Shown here: positions 1-7,896 of the stretch, piece by piece
Position numbering within the stretch: position 1 is the first letter of the stretch
Layout of the letters: each line of letters begins with the position of its first letter
Source of the DNA: Candidatus Woesearchaeota archaeon
GTDB taxonomy: Archaea; Nanobdellota; Nanobdellia; Woesearchaeales; JAAOYA01
Length of the DNA: 20,000 nt
Assembly: GCA_018221105.1 (NCBI GenBank)
Contig: JAAOYA010000008.1
Span: forward strand, 44,648 to 64,647
Direction of reading: 5' to 3'
The notes under the pieces: model-generated
Told to the model about the DNA's origin: nothing
Seen by the model: the letters and a program-made list of their open reading frames with translations, nothing else
The model's database searches: none
Program-made: the position numbers and the translations under genes

Positions 1-1
1 T

Positions 2-1477
2 GGATTTAATGAAGCTTTAAGGATTTATTATGGGAGTTATGTGAATAAAGGCAGATTTCCACTATTACATTCAACTAAACACACTTGGAGTTATGCTAAT
101 TCTATCATACAACACTGTGGGAAAATCGGTTTTTGCAGAAAAATTATATCTTTTATTGAGGCTAATCTAGCAGATGCCACGCTACGAAATCAAATTATTG
201 AAGTTATATTCAAAAAAGGCGGTGTGCCCGAACAAGCAGATGTTGAGGCATATGATTGGGCTCAAAATCTAGTTGATAAACATGTTTTTAAACCAAAAAC
301 TGATGAAATTAAAAGAAATATTGAGAGTATAAAAGAGCTTTTACGAAATAAAGTAGCCAAGTGGAAGAATCATTTTATTCAATATGATACTAATCCAGAA
401 ATAGATAAATATTTTGACAAATTAGCTTATTATTCCATATCTTCTAAACACATGTATAGTGAATTTCCTCAAGATGCGAAATTTGGAGGAATTAAATACA
501 AAACTTATTGCAAATTTGTACACATCCAATGCGCTGTAGCGCTTAAGCATTATTATTTTTGCCATGAATTGTTGAAAAAGGAAAAGGGCATTGACTCGAG
601 AGATATATTTACAATTCCGCGAGACAGAAAGTCTGTTATTACCTCTTCGGCTAGATACTTACGAATATCTGAAAAGGAAGCCGAGCAAATCTTATGTTGT
701 CTTACACTGTCAACTGAAAACTACGAGCATCACACTTCTCTTCCAGAAGGTGTATCTCCCCCTTATATCCAAGTTGGAGAGAATAGTCTAGCACACTCCA
801 TCATTGGATCGACAAATCAACCGATTAAATTTCTAAATAAAGAGCTTAAGAGAAGATTTAAAAAAGATTATTTTAACGCAGTTAATGCTAGAGAGAAAAA
901 ATTTAGAAAGGAATTATATCATCTTTTTCCTGAAGATTATTATTTTAAAAGTAAATCACGTATTTACATAAAATCTAGTGAAGGTTCTACTGACATTGAT
1001 GCTACAATTTATGATTCTAAACATAACATTCTTGGTTTGTTCCAGCTTAAGTGGCAGGATGTATTTGGGGGATCATTAAAGGAAAGATACAGTAGAATTT
1101 CTAATTTATATCCTGCAGTAAGCAAATGGCTAGACAAACTTGAAAAATGGGTAGAAGAGACGAACAGTGCAGAATTACTAAAAAGACTTGATTTAAAAGA
1201 AAATATAATTCCTTCAAAAGTCTTTATTTTTGTTATCTGCCGCCACAATGTGTTTTTCACAGATGTTAAGCCAGATAAAAGGGCGGCTTGGTCTTCAATA
1301 TGGCATATGTTACAAGCTATATCCAAAATCCCTACATCCACCCATAATAAGATTGGAAAGCTTCATGAAGAATTAAAAAAGATAGAAGGGAAAATTTTCA
1401 ATGAAAAAATTGACATCGAAGAAGAAAAATTCGAAATATCTAATTATACAATTAAGTTAAAAACAAAAGACTCATGA
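2..1477 (+). CDS. Large hypothetical protein (5'-truncated) with C-terminal PD-(D/E)xK / NERD-like nuclease domain
   Basis: The frame is open from base 2 (GFNEALRIYYGSY-VNK...), so the GTG at 41 is probably internal. The C-terminal part has E(REKKF)...TDIDATIYD...LGLFQLKW, i.e. a D-x(n)-Q-x-K nuclease-like core. TGA stop at 1475-1477. Confidence 0.6.
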   Translation, partial: GFNEALRIYYGSYVNKGRFPLLHSTKHTWSYANSIIQHCGKIGFCRKIISFIEANLADATLRNQIIEVIFKKGGVPEQADVEAYDWAQNLVDKHVFKPKTDEIKRNIESIKELLRNKVAKWKNHFIQYDTNPEIDKYFDKLAYYSISSKHMYSEFPQDAKFGGIKYKTYCKFVHIQCAVALKHYYFCHELLKKEKGIDSRDIFTIPRDRKSVITSSARYLRISEKEAEQILCCLTLSTENYEHHTSLPEGVSPPYIQVGENSLAHSIIGSTNQPIKFLNKELKRRFKKDYFNAVNAREKKFRKELYHLFPEDYYFKSKSRIYIKSSEGSTDIDATIYDSKHNILGLFQLKWQDVFGGSLKERYSRISNLYPAVSKWLDKLEKWVEETNSAELLKRLDLKENIIPSKVFIFVICRHNVFFTDVKPDKRAAWSSIWHMLQAISKIPTSTHNKIGKLHEELKKIEGKIFNEKIDIEEEKFEISNYTIKLKTKDS

Positions 1478-1481
1478 TAAC

Positions 1482-2261
1482 TTAAATCTTAGAAGTAATC
1501 ACCTTCGCAAGTTCTTCTGACGTTATGCTTCCATCTATAAGTTTTCCAATAGAATTAATTTCATCAGAAATTACTTTCTTAAGCATAATTTTGAAATTAT
1601 CAGAATCATTTTGGTAATCCCCAGTAATTAATTTTTTTGATAGCTTCAGTGAGCCATCATAACACCTAACTATTTCTTCGTCATTTAGATCTTTTGTTTC
1701 TACACCGCTTAAAATCGAGTTTAAACATTGGATAAACAAACGAGTATTCTCTCTAGATGTGTAATTCTGCTCCGTCTCAATCTTTTCTTTGTCCCAACTA
1801 TCAAATCTTTCTTCGTAGTTAATAAATGGACTGTCAAATAAGTAAACCCATTCACTCCATTTTCTTTTCAAAGCAATTTTTTTTGGATAACCTGCAAGTC
1901 TAAAACAATATGCAACATGAATTCTGTTAGGTCCCCTATCTTTTGCTAAAAGACCTTCTGGAGCATGGATTCCGACATTCAACCAGAATAATTTTTTTTC
2001 GCTTGGTTCAACCAAACCAGATTCAAGAAAAATCTTTCTTAAAGTCAGTCCAAATTCCCAGTAGGCCTCAACTTTATTTCTTGTTCTATTTCCCACAACT
2101 ATTCTTAGATTTTTAAGTCTTGATGTCAACTGAATCAATCTTTTTTTTACTATTTCATTAAGTTGTATTGCTTTTTTTTTATCTTCTTCAGATCCACCTA
2201 TTCCCTTAATAGAATCAAAAAGGTATTTTCCGTTTTTATCAATTTCAACAATAATTGTCAT
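1482..2261 (-). CDS. Hypothetical protein, DUF1016_N/YhcG N-terminal-like helical domain; third gene of operon
   Basis: 259-aa ORF with ATG 2 nt after the upstream stop. Motifs EAYWEFG, AYCFRLAGYP and KWSEWVYLF resemble the YWxIG / YMRxFYxxYP / SWSHY pattern of DUF1016_N. Confidence 0.55.
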   Translation of the reverse strand: MTIIVEIDKNGKYLFDSIKGIGGSEEDKKKAIQLNEIVKKRLIQLTSRLKNLRIVVGNRTRNKVEAYWEFGLTLRKIFLESGLVEPSEKKLFWLNVGIHAPEGLLAKDRGPNRIHVAYCFRLAGYPKKIALKRKWSEWVYLFDSPFINYEERFDSWDKEKIETEQNYTSRENTRLFIQCLNSILSGVETKDLNDEEIVRCYDGSLKLSKKLITGDYQNDSDNFKIMLKKVISDEINSIGKLIDGSITSEELAKVITSKI

Positions 2262-2263
2262 TT

Positions 2264-4753
2264 TTAATTCATCTCAATTAAAGCGTCACCTACAATTTCA
2301 TGAATCTTTAAAAAAGCCTCAGCAGGTGATGTATCAGGATTTAAAAGGATATCTTTGAATTTTTCAGCTACACCAGTAAATTCTTGTTCGACAATAGCAA
2401 TTGCATACGCCTGACACAACATTTGTTCTTTAATATACTCTTGTTTAACTTCAGACTCATATGAATTTGCAAATCTGTATGAAGGATGGCCGTCATTTAA
2501 AACAAAAGTATATCCTGAAGCCCGATCTCCTTGATACCATGAACGCCTACCATCTTTAGGATCATCCGCCATTAATGTTTTATTAAAAATTGACCTTCCT
2601 GGAGGATCCATACCAACATAAAATATAATATTCTTTTTCCCTAAGTGTTGTCCTTTTATCATATTAAGGGCTGGCTCATTTTGGAAAAGTCTGACACTGA
2701 AATAAATTTCACATTTACGTTCATCAGCATTAGCTGGACCTTCATTAACAGCTATAAACTGCTCTCCAGAAATATCTAAAGCATCATATGCAAATTCAAT
2801 ATCCGACATTGCTTGCAACTTAAATTCTCTTTCAGTTCTAATTTCTTTTAATATCCTTACATTACCGGATGTGCTAGGAGATTTTCTAGCAACTAAATCT
2901 ACATTAATTTTAACATCTCTAGCACTTTTGTTGGATACTTTAAACATTATATTCCTTATTGATTCTGTTATTTCAACACGATTAGATTTAGCTCTTGGAA
3001 ACAAAGGAGCATAAGCTGTAACTGTAAATGGACTTTCTTTATTTTTCGGTTCTTCTCGTCCCAACCAAAGCATTCTTGAAACTTGACACATCTTCTCTCC
3101 TGAGTTCTTATTATTTACTTTTGCAAAAACAATAAGTCCTTCTCCATTTCTAAAATCGCAAGTTTCTATTTCAAAGGGCTCACAATTAATTTTCTTACGT
3201 TCATTTGGTTGCAGATTAAATTCTTTCTTACACAATGTTTTTATCTTATTTTCAGGTCCTCTTTGTTCCGCAGTTAAGAAAAGTTCAACCTGTTGTAACC
3301 GGTTAGAATTATTTTTAACTTCATATACCATAGGACCAACAGAATCTCCAAAATCTATCCTTTTTGTACCTTCATGGGGCAATTTAAATGACTCAATTGT
3401 AATCTCTACATCTTTTGATTTTGGTCCAACAAAAAACTCAGAAATCAATCCCAATTTCCTTGCAACTTCATTAATCTCTTTCATTGCGTCCAACATGTCT
3501 TGTTGAGAACGTCTTTCATCACTTGTTGTTCTTATGCCCAAGCGTTCTTGGAATCTTTGTAAATGTGTATTGACTACTTGTCTAATTTGATTTGGAGCAC
3601 TATGTCTAAAGTTAAAACTATAGTGTGTTGTTCCCTCACTCTTTTCAATTTCTTCTTCGAGACCAGAATCTAATACCACATACCCGCATATTTTTTTAAC
3701 TATTGTATGATTAGGGTATATGCTTTTCATGTATCCTATCTTCATTCGTTTTCTCTGAATCCAGAATCCCCTTAAATCATCGTCCAACAAATCAGGCGAT
3801 AGAGCCAGCCTTAATTCTTTAATTTTATAAGTTACATTTTGAACAACTATAGGTACATGTTGTTGCTTATAGATTTTCCATTTAGTTCCATTCTCCTCTG
3901 CATTTACAATGCTCTTAAGTGGGTCGCTTAATTGGACTTGTTTTATCTTTCCATCAAATTCTATAGTAATCTTTGCATTAAACTTTTGTATTATTTCCCA
4001 CCAACTTTCCTCTATCATCTTAATAAATGATAAAGTATAATCATTCATAATCTCTAGTTTATCTTCTCTAAACGAATTTATAATTGAATCGACTATCTCT
4101 TCTTTCAAATCAAAAATAGTAATCCTTGTACCTGGCTTATCCAATGGGGTTATAACCCCCTTGCCGAGTTTATTAACGAATTGTTTAGCGTCTTCATCTT
4201 GAAGAGGAATTGGATTTTGCTTTAGACTATTTCCTATTAATTTTCGCTCAAAAGCAATATATTTTAAATCATCATACCTAAGCGAATCACATAAAATTGC
4301 GGCTGATTTAGAAGCTGCTTGGAATATTAGTTTCCCCCTACCAAAACTTCCTGGTCCATAGTTGCCACCTGAATCAAATCTTGTTAAGAATCTGCTTAAG
4401 TTTTGTTCAGAAGTCAGTTTTCCTTCTGAAGACCATTTATCAATGTCTCGAACAGATAATAGTTCGCCAGTTAAACCTTTTGTCCCTTCGTCGGTAAAAG
4501 AAAGAGTAAATTTCCCGTCTATCTTAAAAAGTTTGAATCTGAAACACCAATTCTTATAGGAGTTTGGTTCGCTTCCATGTAATCTAGCTCCAACCCCATT
4601 TTGAATTGCATCTTTTTGTATTCCATGGGATATACCTTTTGCTGGTTCACTCTCATATTCCCTAGCAATCTGTTCAATCTGCTGCAAATCATTTTGAGGG
4701 GTGTTTACATATTCTTCATTCTGATCTGGTATGCTTGTTTCTTCATCTTCCAT
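2264..4753 (-). CDS. GHKL (HATPase_c; MORC/sacsin-like) ATPase with S5-like domain, two tandem beta-sandwich repeats and C-terminal NxxHP domain
   Basis: 829 aa. GHKL boxes in order: DAIQN (48-52), DEGTKGLTG (88-96), GSFGRGK (135-141), GTRITI (208-213). S5-like segment GFWIQRKRMKI...ICGYVVLD...EGTTHYSF. C-terminal LNDGHPSY. Strong SD upstream. Confidence 0.8.
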   Translation of the reverse strand: MEDEETSIPDQNEEYVNTPQNDLQQIEQIAREYESEPAKGISHGIQKDAIQNGVGARLHGSEPNSYKNWCFRFKLFKIDGKFTLSFTDEGTKGLTGELLSVRDIDKWSSEGKLTSEQNLSRFLTRFDSGGNYGPGSFGRGKLIFQAASKSAAILCDSLRYDDLKYIAFERKLIGNSLKQNPIPLQDEDAKQFVNKLGKGVITPLDKPGTRITIFDLKEEIVDSIINSFREDKLEIMNDYTLSFIKMIEESWWEIIQKFNAKITIEFDGKIKQVQLSDPLKSIVNAEENGTKWKIYKQQHVPIVVQNVTYKIKELRLALSPDLLDDDLRGFWIQRKRMKIGYMKSIYPNHTIVKKICGYVVLDSGLEEEIEKSEGTTHYSFNFRHSAPNQIRQVVNTHLQRFQERLGIRTTSDERRSQQDMLDAMKEINEVARKLGLISEFFVGPKSKDVEITIESFKLPHEGTKRIDFGDSVGPMVYEVKNNSNRLQQVELFLTAEQRGPENKIKTLCKKEFNLQPNERKKINCEPFEIETCDFRNGEGLIVFAKVNNKNSGEKMCQVSRMLWLGREEPKNKESPFTVTAYAPLFPRAKSNRVEITESIRNIMFKVSNKSARDVKINVDLVARKSPSTSGNVRILKEIRTEREFKLQAMSDIEFAYDALDISGEQFIAVNEGPANADERKCEIYFSVRLFQNEPALNMIKGQHLGKKNIIFYVGMDPPGRSIFNKTLMADDPKDGRRSWYQGDRASGYTFVLNDGHPSYRFANSYESEVKQEYIKEQMLCQAYAIAIVEQEFTGVAEKFKDILLNPDTSPAEAFLKIHEIVGDALIEMN

Positions 4754-4756
4754 TTT

Positions 4757-4766
4757 ACCACCTACA
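4757..4766 (-). promoter_or_regulatory. Shine-Dalgarno site TGTAGGTGGT for the GHKL gene, overlapping the upstream TAG
   Basis: Minus strand reads TGTAGGTGGT-AAA-ATG; the same 10-mer precedes the first gene. Confidence 0.75.
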
Positions 4767-5730
4767 GTTCTCCAATAATTGTATAATCATTCCTTTTATC
4801 TTTAACAATACCTAATTCTCTCAATAAGGAAATCTTTGCAGATGCAAAGCTCCTCGCATAATTGTAAAGTTGTTTCTTGAATTTTTTTTCATCATTTCTT
4901 GCTCTTTCGCTTCTTGATAAAATGTGTTGCTTAAACTTTTCATTGTTCTCAAACCAACTCCATAAATCTTTGTTACCATTATTGCCTGATTTAAGAAAAT
5001 TATAAACTTCTTCCAAGACAGAATATTCTTTATACCCTTTTTTGTCTAGTTTCTTATAATAATCAACAAACCAATCCTTTTCTTCTGGAGTTAATATCTG
5101 TTCTGTTTTGCCCTCATCAAATACATTATTTTTTAATTGTGCAAACTCCAGTCCTTCTTTTGTTAATGAGACTTTGATTTTATTCCATTTTTCTTTCCAC
5201 ACATCATCAATAGCTTTTTCGATTGGCTCAGCAGTGACCAACCCCATGTTCGCAAATGTCCTTAGAAAATGATGTACTAATCTGCTACCTTCCTTATCCT
5301 TTTTAAGATTAGGAAATCCTTTAAGGTGAGATAAATTATGTTTGCTGATTAAATTAATTGAATCACTCATTAAATTGCTCAATACTATAGTATCAGAACT
5401 CTCTTTATGCAATTTCCAAGCTAAAACTCTGCTTAAAAATTTGGGAGCAAAGAAATCATTGAACATCAACCAAGCTCCCCATGTTTTAGTTTCATCATCT
5501 GCTATTACTAAGCCAGATTTTAATTTTATTGGTGGTGGAATCTGTAAATATTCTATTGTCTTATGTTCTTGAACTTTAGCAGATACTATTTTAATCTCAT
5601 CAGAAATAATTTTCTGGCTTTTTTTGCCAAACCCACACAGCGGACATCCATCTTTATTTTGATTCAAATCAAATTCTGTGTTGCATTTTCCGCATTTTAT
5701 CCTGTTGTCCTGGTTTGAAAATAATTCCAC
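4762..5730 (-). CDS. Zn-ribbon + tandem winged-helix putative DNA-binding protein; first gene of operon
   Basis: 322 aa, GTG start with SD AGGTGGT. CGKC...CPLC (C13,C16,C29,C32). Two wHTH-like ends: FANMGLV...VSLTKEG and LLRELGIV...DYTII. Confidence 0.6.
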   Translation of the reverse strand: MELFSNQDNRIKCGKCNTEFDLNQNKDGCPLCGFGKKSQKIISDEIKIVSAKVQEHKTIEYLQIPPPIKLKSGLVIADDETKTWGAWLMFNDFFAPKFLSRVLAWKLHKESSDTIVLSNLMSDSINLISKHNLSHLKGFPNLKKDKEGSRLVHHFLRTFANMGLVTAEPIEKAIDDVWKEKWNKIKVSLTKEGLEFAQLKNNVFDEGKTEQILTPEEKDWFVDYYKKLDKKGYKEYSVLEEVYNFLKSGNNGNKDLWSWFENNEKFKQHILSRSERARNDEKKFKKQLYNYARSFASAKISLLRELGIVKDKRNDYTIIGEL

Positions 5731-5735
5731 TTTTA

Positions 5736-5745
5736 ACCACCTACA
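5736..5745 (-). promoter_or_regulatory. Shine-Dalgarno site TGTAGGTGGT for the Zn-ribbon/wHTH gene
   Basis: Minus strand reads TGTAGGTGGT-TAAAA-GTG. Confidence 0.75.
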
Positions 5746-5763
5746 ACTCAGTAGAACATAACA

Positions 5764-5780
5764 TATATATAAAAGTTTCG
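5764..5780 (-). promoter_or_regulatory. Archaeal BRE + TATA promoter of the three-gene operon
   Basis: Minus strand reads CGAAAC-TTTTATATATA, about 35 nt upstream of the GTG start. Confidence 0.7.
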
Positions 5781-5850
5781 TTAAATAGTCTTATATAGTC
5801 ACTATTTGATAATTTACAACTAATAAATACGTTAAATAGTTTATAAAGTT
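5779..5850. repeat. Direct/inverted repeat array (TTAAATAGT core), candidate operator
   Basis: TTAAATAGTC (5781-90) and TTATATAGTC (5791-5800) in tandem, an inverted copy ACTATTTGA (5801-09), and CGTTAAATAGT repeated exactly at 5779-89 and 5830-40. Confidence 0.55.
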
Positions 5851-5956
5851 TATGTTATTGTTTTTTATACCATTGTATAGTTTTTTTTTAAGCCTTCTTC
5901 AAAACTAGTAGTTGGGTTAAAGCCCAAAACTTTTTTTCTTTTTTTACCGTTTCTTT

Positions 5957-5964
5957 TTTATATA
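5957..5964 (+). promoter_or_regulatory. TATA box of leaderless HEAT-repeat gene
   Basis: TTTATATA with 19 nt between it and the ATG at 5984; the same geometry occurs at 8457-8464/8484. Confidence 0.6.
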
Positions 5965-5983
5965 ACTTTGTTTTGTGTGTTTT

Positions 5984-6742
5984 ATGCGTTGGTTGGATGA
6001 TGTTTTGCAAATTGAATGTGGTACTAAGGACTTTCTTCACGAGAATCGACATTATAGAAAGGATGATTCTGGAGTTGTTGTTCCAACGAGGGATTGGCCT
6101 GACAGGATTTGGGCAGTAGCAAGTAATTCTTTTGATTACGCTCAAGCACAACGGGAAGCAAAGCTTCTAAGAAAATCAATACTTGATGAGAGCATTCCAT
6201 ATAATGTTAGATTAGAATTTAATGGTAATTCTAGATTTCAGGGTGGCAGGGTGATGGACGCTTACCTTTTAGGAAAAATCAAGTACTTCGAAGCAAAAGA
6301 TGAATTATTAGAAGCTGCAACTCACGATTTAAACGAAGAAATGAGAGCAATATCTATTGAAGCTTTAGGATTAATGAAAGAAAGAGTGTCCCAGCAAGCT
6401 TTAGGAATTGCCACAATTTTAATCGATGATAAAAGTTCTTGGGTTAAAAAAATAGCAGCGAAAACTTTGGGAGAATTAAATAATCCTGTTGCAATACCTT
6501 ATCTTAGGGATTCAATTGATGAAATACTGCCAATAATCAAGGATTTAGAAAAACAATGCTTAACTGAAGAGCCAAAATGGGAAGAGTGTAGGCAAGCTTC
6601 AATGATTTTAGAAAACGCCATTGTTTCATTATACAAATTAGATCCTTTAATTGGCAGGGAAGCTTTAGCGCAAGCAATGAATTCTTCAAGCGCTCACGCA
6701 ATACACCACGCGAAAAGAGCTTCTTTTTTGTTGAAGAATTAA
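5984..6742 (+). CDS. HEAT-repeat (PBS lyase-like) protein
   Basis: DLNEEMRAISIEALGLM and DDKSSWVKKIAAKTLGELNNPVAIPYL are typical HEAT_2 repeats. Start moved from GTG 5975 to ATG 5984 on TATA spacing. Confidence 0.75.
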   Translation: MRWLDDVLQIECGTKDFLHENRHYRKDDSGVVVPTRDWPDRIWAVASNSFDYAQAQREAKLLRKSILDESIPYNVRLEFNGNSRFQGGRVMDAYLLGKIKYFEAKDELLEAATHDLNEEMRAISIEALGLMKERVSQQALGIATILIDDKSSWVKKIAAKTLGELNNPVAIPYLRDSIDEILPIIKDLEKQCLTEEPKWEECRQASMILENAIVSLYKLDPLIGREALAQAMNSSSAHAIHHAKRASFLLKN

Positions 6743-6745
6743 TTT

Positions 6746-7312
6746 TTAGTCTTTTAGGTCGTCAAAGCCTATCATTTTGAGAAAATCTTCATGACTCATT
6801 TTAGGCTCTTTAGGTTTTGGTTGTGGCTCTTCTAATAACCCGTAAGATTTCAAAACATCCTCGCTAACCCTGCATCCCGCACTGCACTTATCGTCTCCTG
6901 TAATTCTATAATCACAAAATAATATGTATGGTTCTCCATCATCAGGTTCTGGCAAATCAGTCCATTTAATTCCAATATAGCACGTTTGAGAATTCTCAGT
7001 TGTTTGTAAAGGATACAACTCCCAATCTTGCATGTCTTTTATTGAACGATGTAATTCGTATTGAATGTTTCGCTCGAAAAGTCCTAATCTAGAATAACTG
7101 CCTGCTTCTTTGTTAAAGCGCACCATTCCTTTATCGTCAAGTGTCAAACAAGCGCTTAAATCGTCTATTGAATCAACAATTGCGCTAACACCATCTCGAA
7201 ACCTTCTAGGATCTATTTCAACACATTTGTTGACAAGATCGTCTAATTTCATCTTGCCACCATTCAACAATACTTGTTGTATTGGAACAAAAGTTCTAGA
7301 CCACTGACCCAT
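6746..7312 (-). CDS. Hypothetical protein, possible N-terminal winged helix
   Basis: 188-aa ORF whose ATG is 1 nt after the upstream TAA. N-terminus VLLNGGKMKLDDLV...LTLDDKGMVRF is wHTH-like (weak). Confidence 0.6.
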   Translation of the reverse strand: MGQWSRTFVPIQQVLLNGGKMKLDDLVNKCVEIDPRRFRDGVSAIVDSIDDLSACLTLDDKGMVRFNKEAGSYSRLGLFERNIQYELHRSIKDMQDWELYPLQTTENSQTCYIGIKWTDLPEPDDGEPYILFCDYRITGDDKCSAGCRVSEDVLKSYGLLEEPQPKPKEPKMSHEDFLKMIGFDDLKD

Positions 7313-7313
7313 T

Positions 7314-7607
7314 TTATTCTTCTCTTGCCATATAATTTCTTAGAATTCCTAACAGGGAACTTTTAAAATTATCTAAATATCTTTCATTTCCTTCTAAGTC
7401 ATTAAACAATTCGCTTAATTGACTTGCAAGATCGTCACGTGCGTCTTGTGCATCTTTTCCAACGCCTAAAATGAAATGTTCCAGTTGTTTAGATGTAGCA
7501 ATATAGCCAAACCCTTCACCCTCGTATACAACACTAACATCTAAAGGTTTTAATGTCGTGTAAGGTCCTGGAAAACTTGTTATTGTCATATCTTTTGGCG
7601 TTCGCAT
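7314..7607 (-). CDS. HicB-like (antitoxin N-terminal fold) protein
   Basis: VVYEGEGFGYIATSKQLEHFILGVGKDAQDARDDLASQL fits the HicB pattern (GYxAxxxxL...GxGxTxxEAxxxL). ATG 7607 is 1 nt after the upstream TAA; alternative start at 7631. Confidence 0.55.
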   Translation of the reverse strand: MRTPKDMTITSFPGPYTTLKPLDVSVVYEGEGFGYIATSKQLEHFILGVGKDAQDARDDLASQLSELFNDLEGNERYLDNFKSSLLGILRNYMAREE

Positions 7608-7608
7608 T

Positions 7609-7896
7609 TTATTGTTTTCCCCTATCTTCATAAGTGAATGGAGTTCTTGTCTTTAATGCTTTTTCAATCTCTTCTGCTGTCGTACCACTTATAGTAAGCG
7701 TTGTTTCATGGAGAAAATAAACAGCGTCAATCCTACCATCAAGTAAACCGTAAGGTCTTGAGGTATGGCTTTGAAAAGTGCAAAATACACCAAACTTTAG
7801 TTCTGGATCAAGCTCTTGAAGAGCTTTTTCTAATTGTGCCGGTTCTACTTGCCAACCTTCTTTGTCAACAACTTTAAGTCCTATAACGTCAATCAT
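7609..7896 (-). CDS. Hypothetical protein (95 aa), first of a three-gene coupled unit
   Basis: ORF with TATA-like TTTAAATA (7917-7924, minus) 20 nt upstream of the ATG. Confidence 0.6.
   Translation of the reverse strand: MIDVIGLKVVDKEGWQVEPAQLEKALQELDPELKFGVFCTFQSHTSRPYGLLDGRIDAVYFLHETTLTISGTTAEEIEKALKTRTPFTYEDRGKQ

Noticed and set aside
2264..4753. GHKL protein as a housekeeping MutL, HtpG, GyrB or TopoVI-B
   Set aside because: It lacks their family signatures (e.g. GFRGEAL, IGQFGVGFYS, GGLHGVG), has a different C-terminal architecture, and has no topoVI-A or mutS neighbour.
591..5572. Short alternative-frame ORFs 591-791, 1009-1341, 4362-4559, 4601-4786, 5342-5572
   Set aside because: They lie inside or antisense to longer motif-bearing genes and have no motifs or promoters.
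5779..5850. Repeat array as a mini-CRISPR or IS end
   Set aside because: The units are only 10-11 bp, there are no spacers, and there is no cas or transposase gene.
5912..5940. Hairpin TTGGG-N6-CCCAA followed by a T-run, as a possible terminator or island end
   Set aside because: The stem is only 5-6 bp, and it lies between divergent genes with no transcript to terminate.
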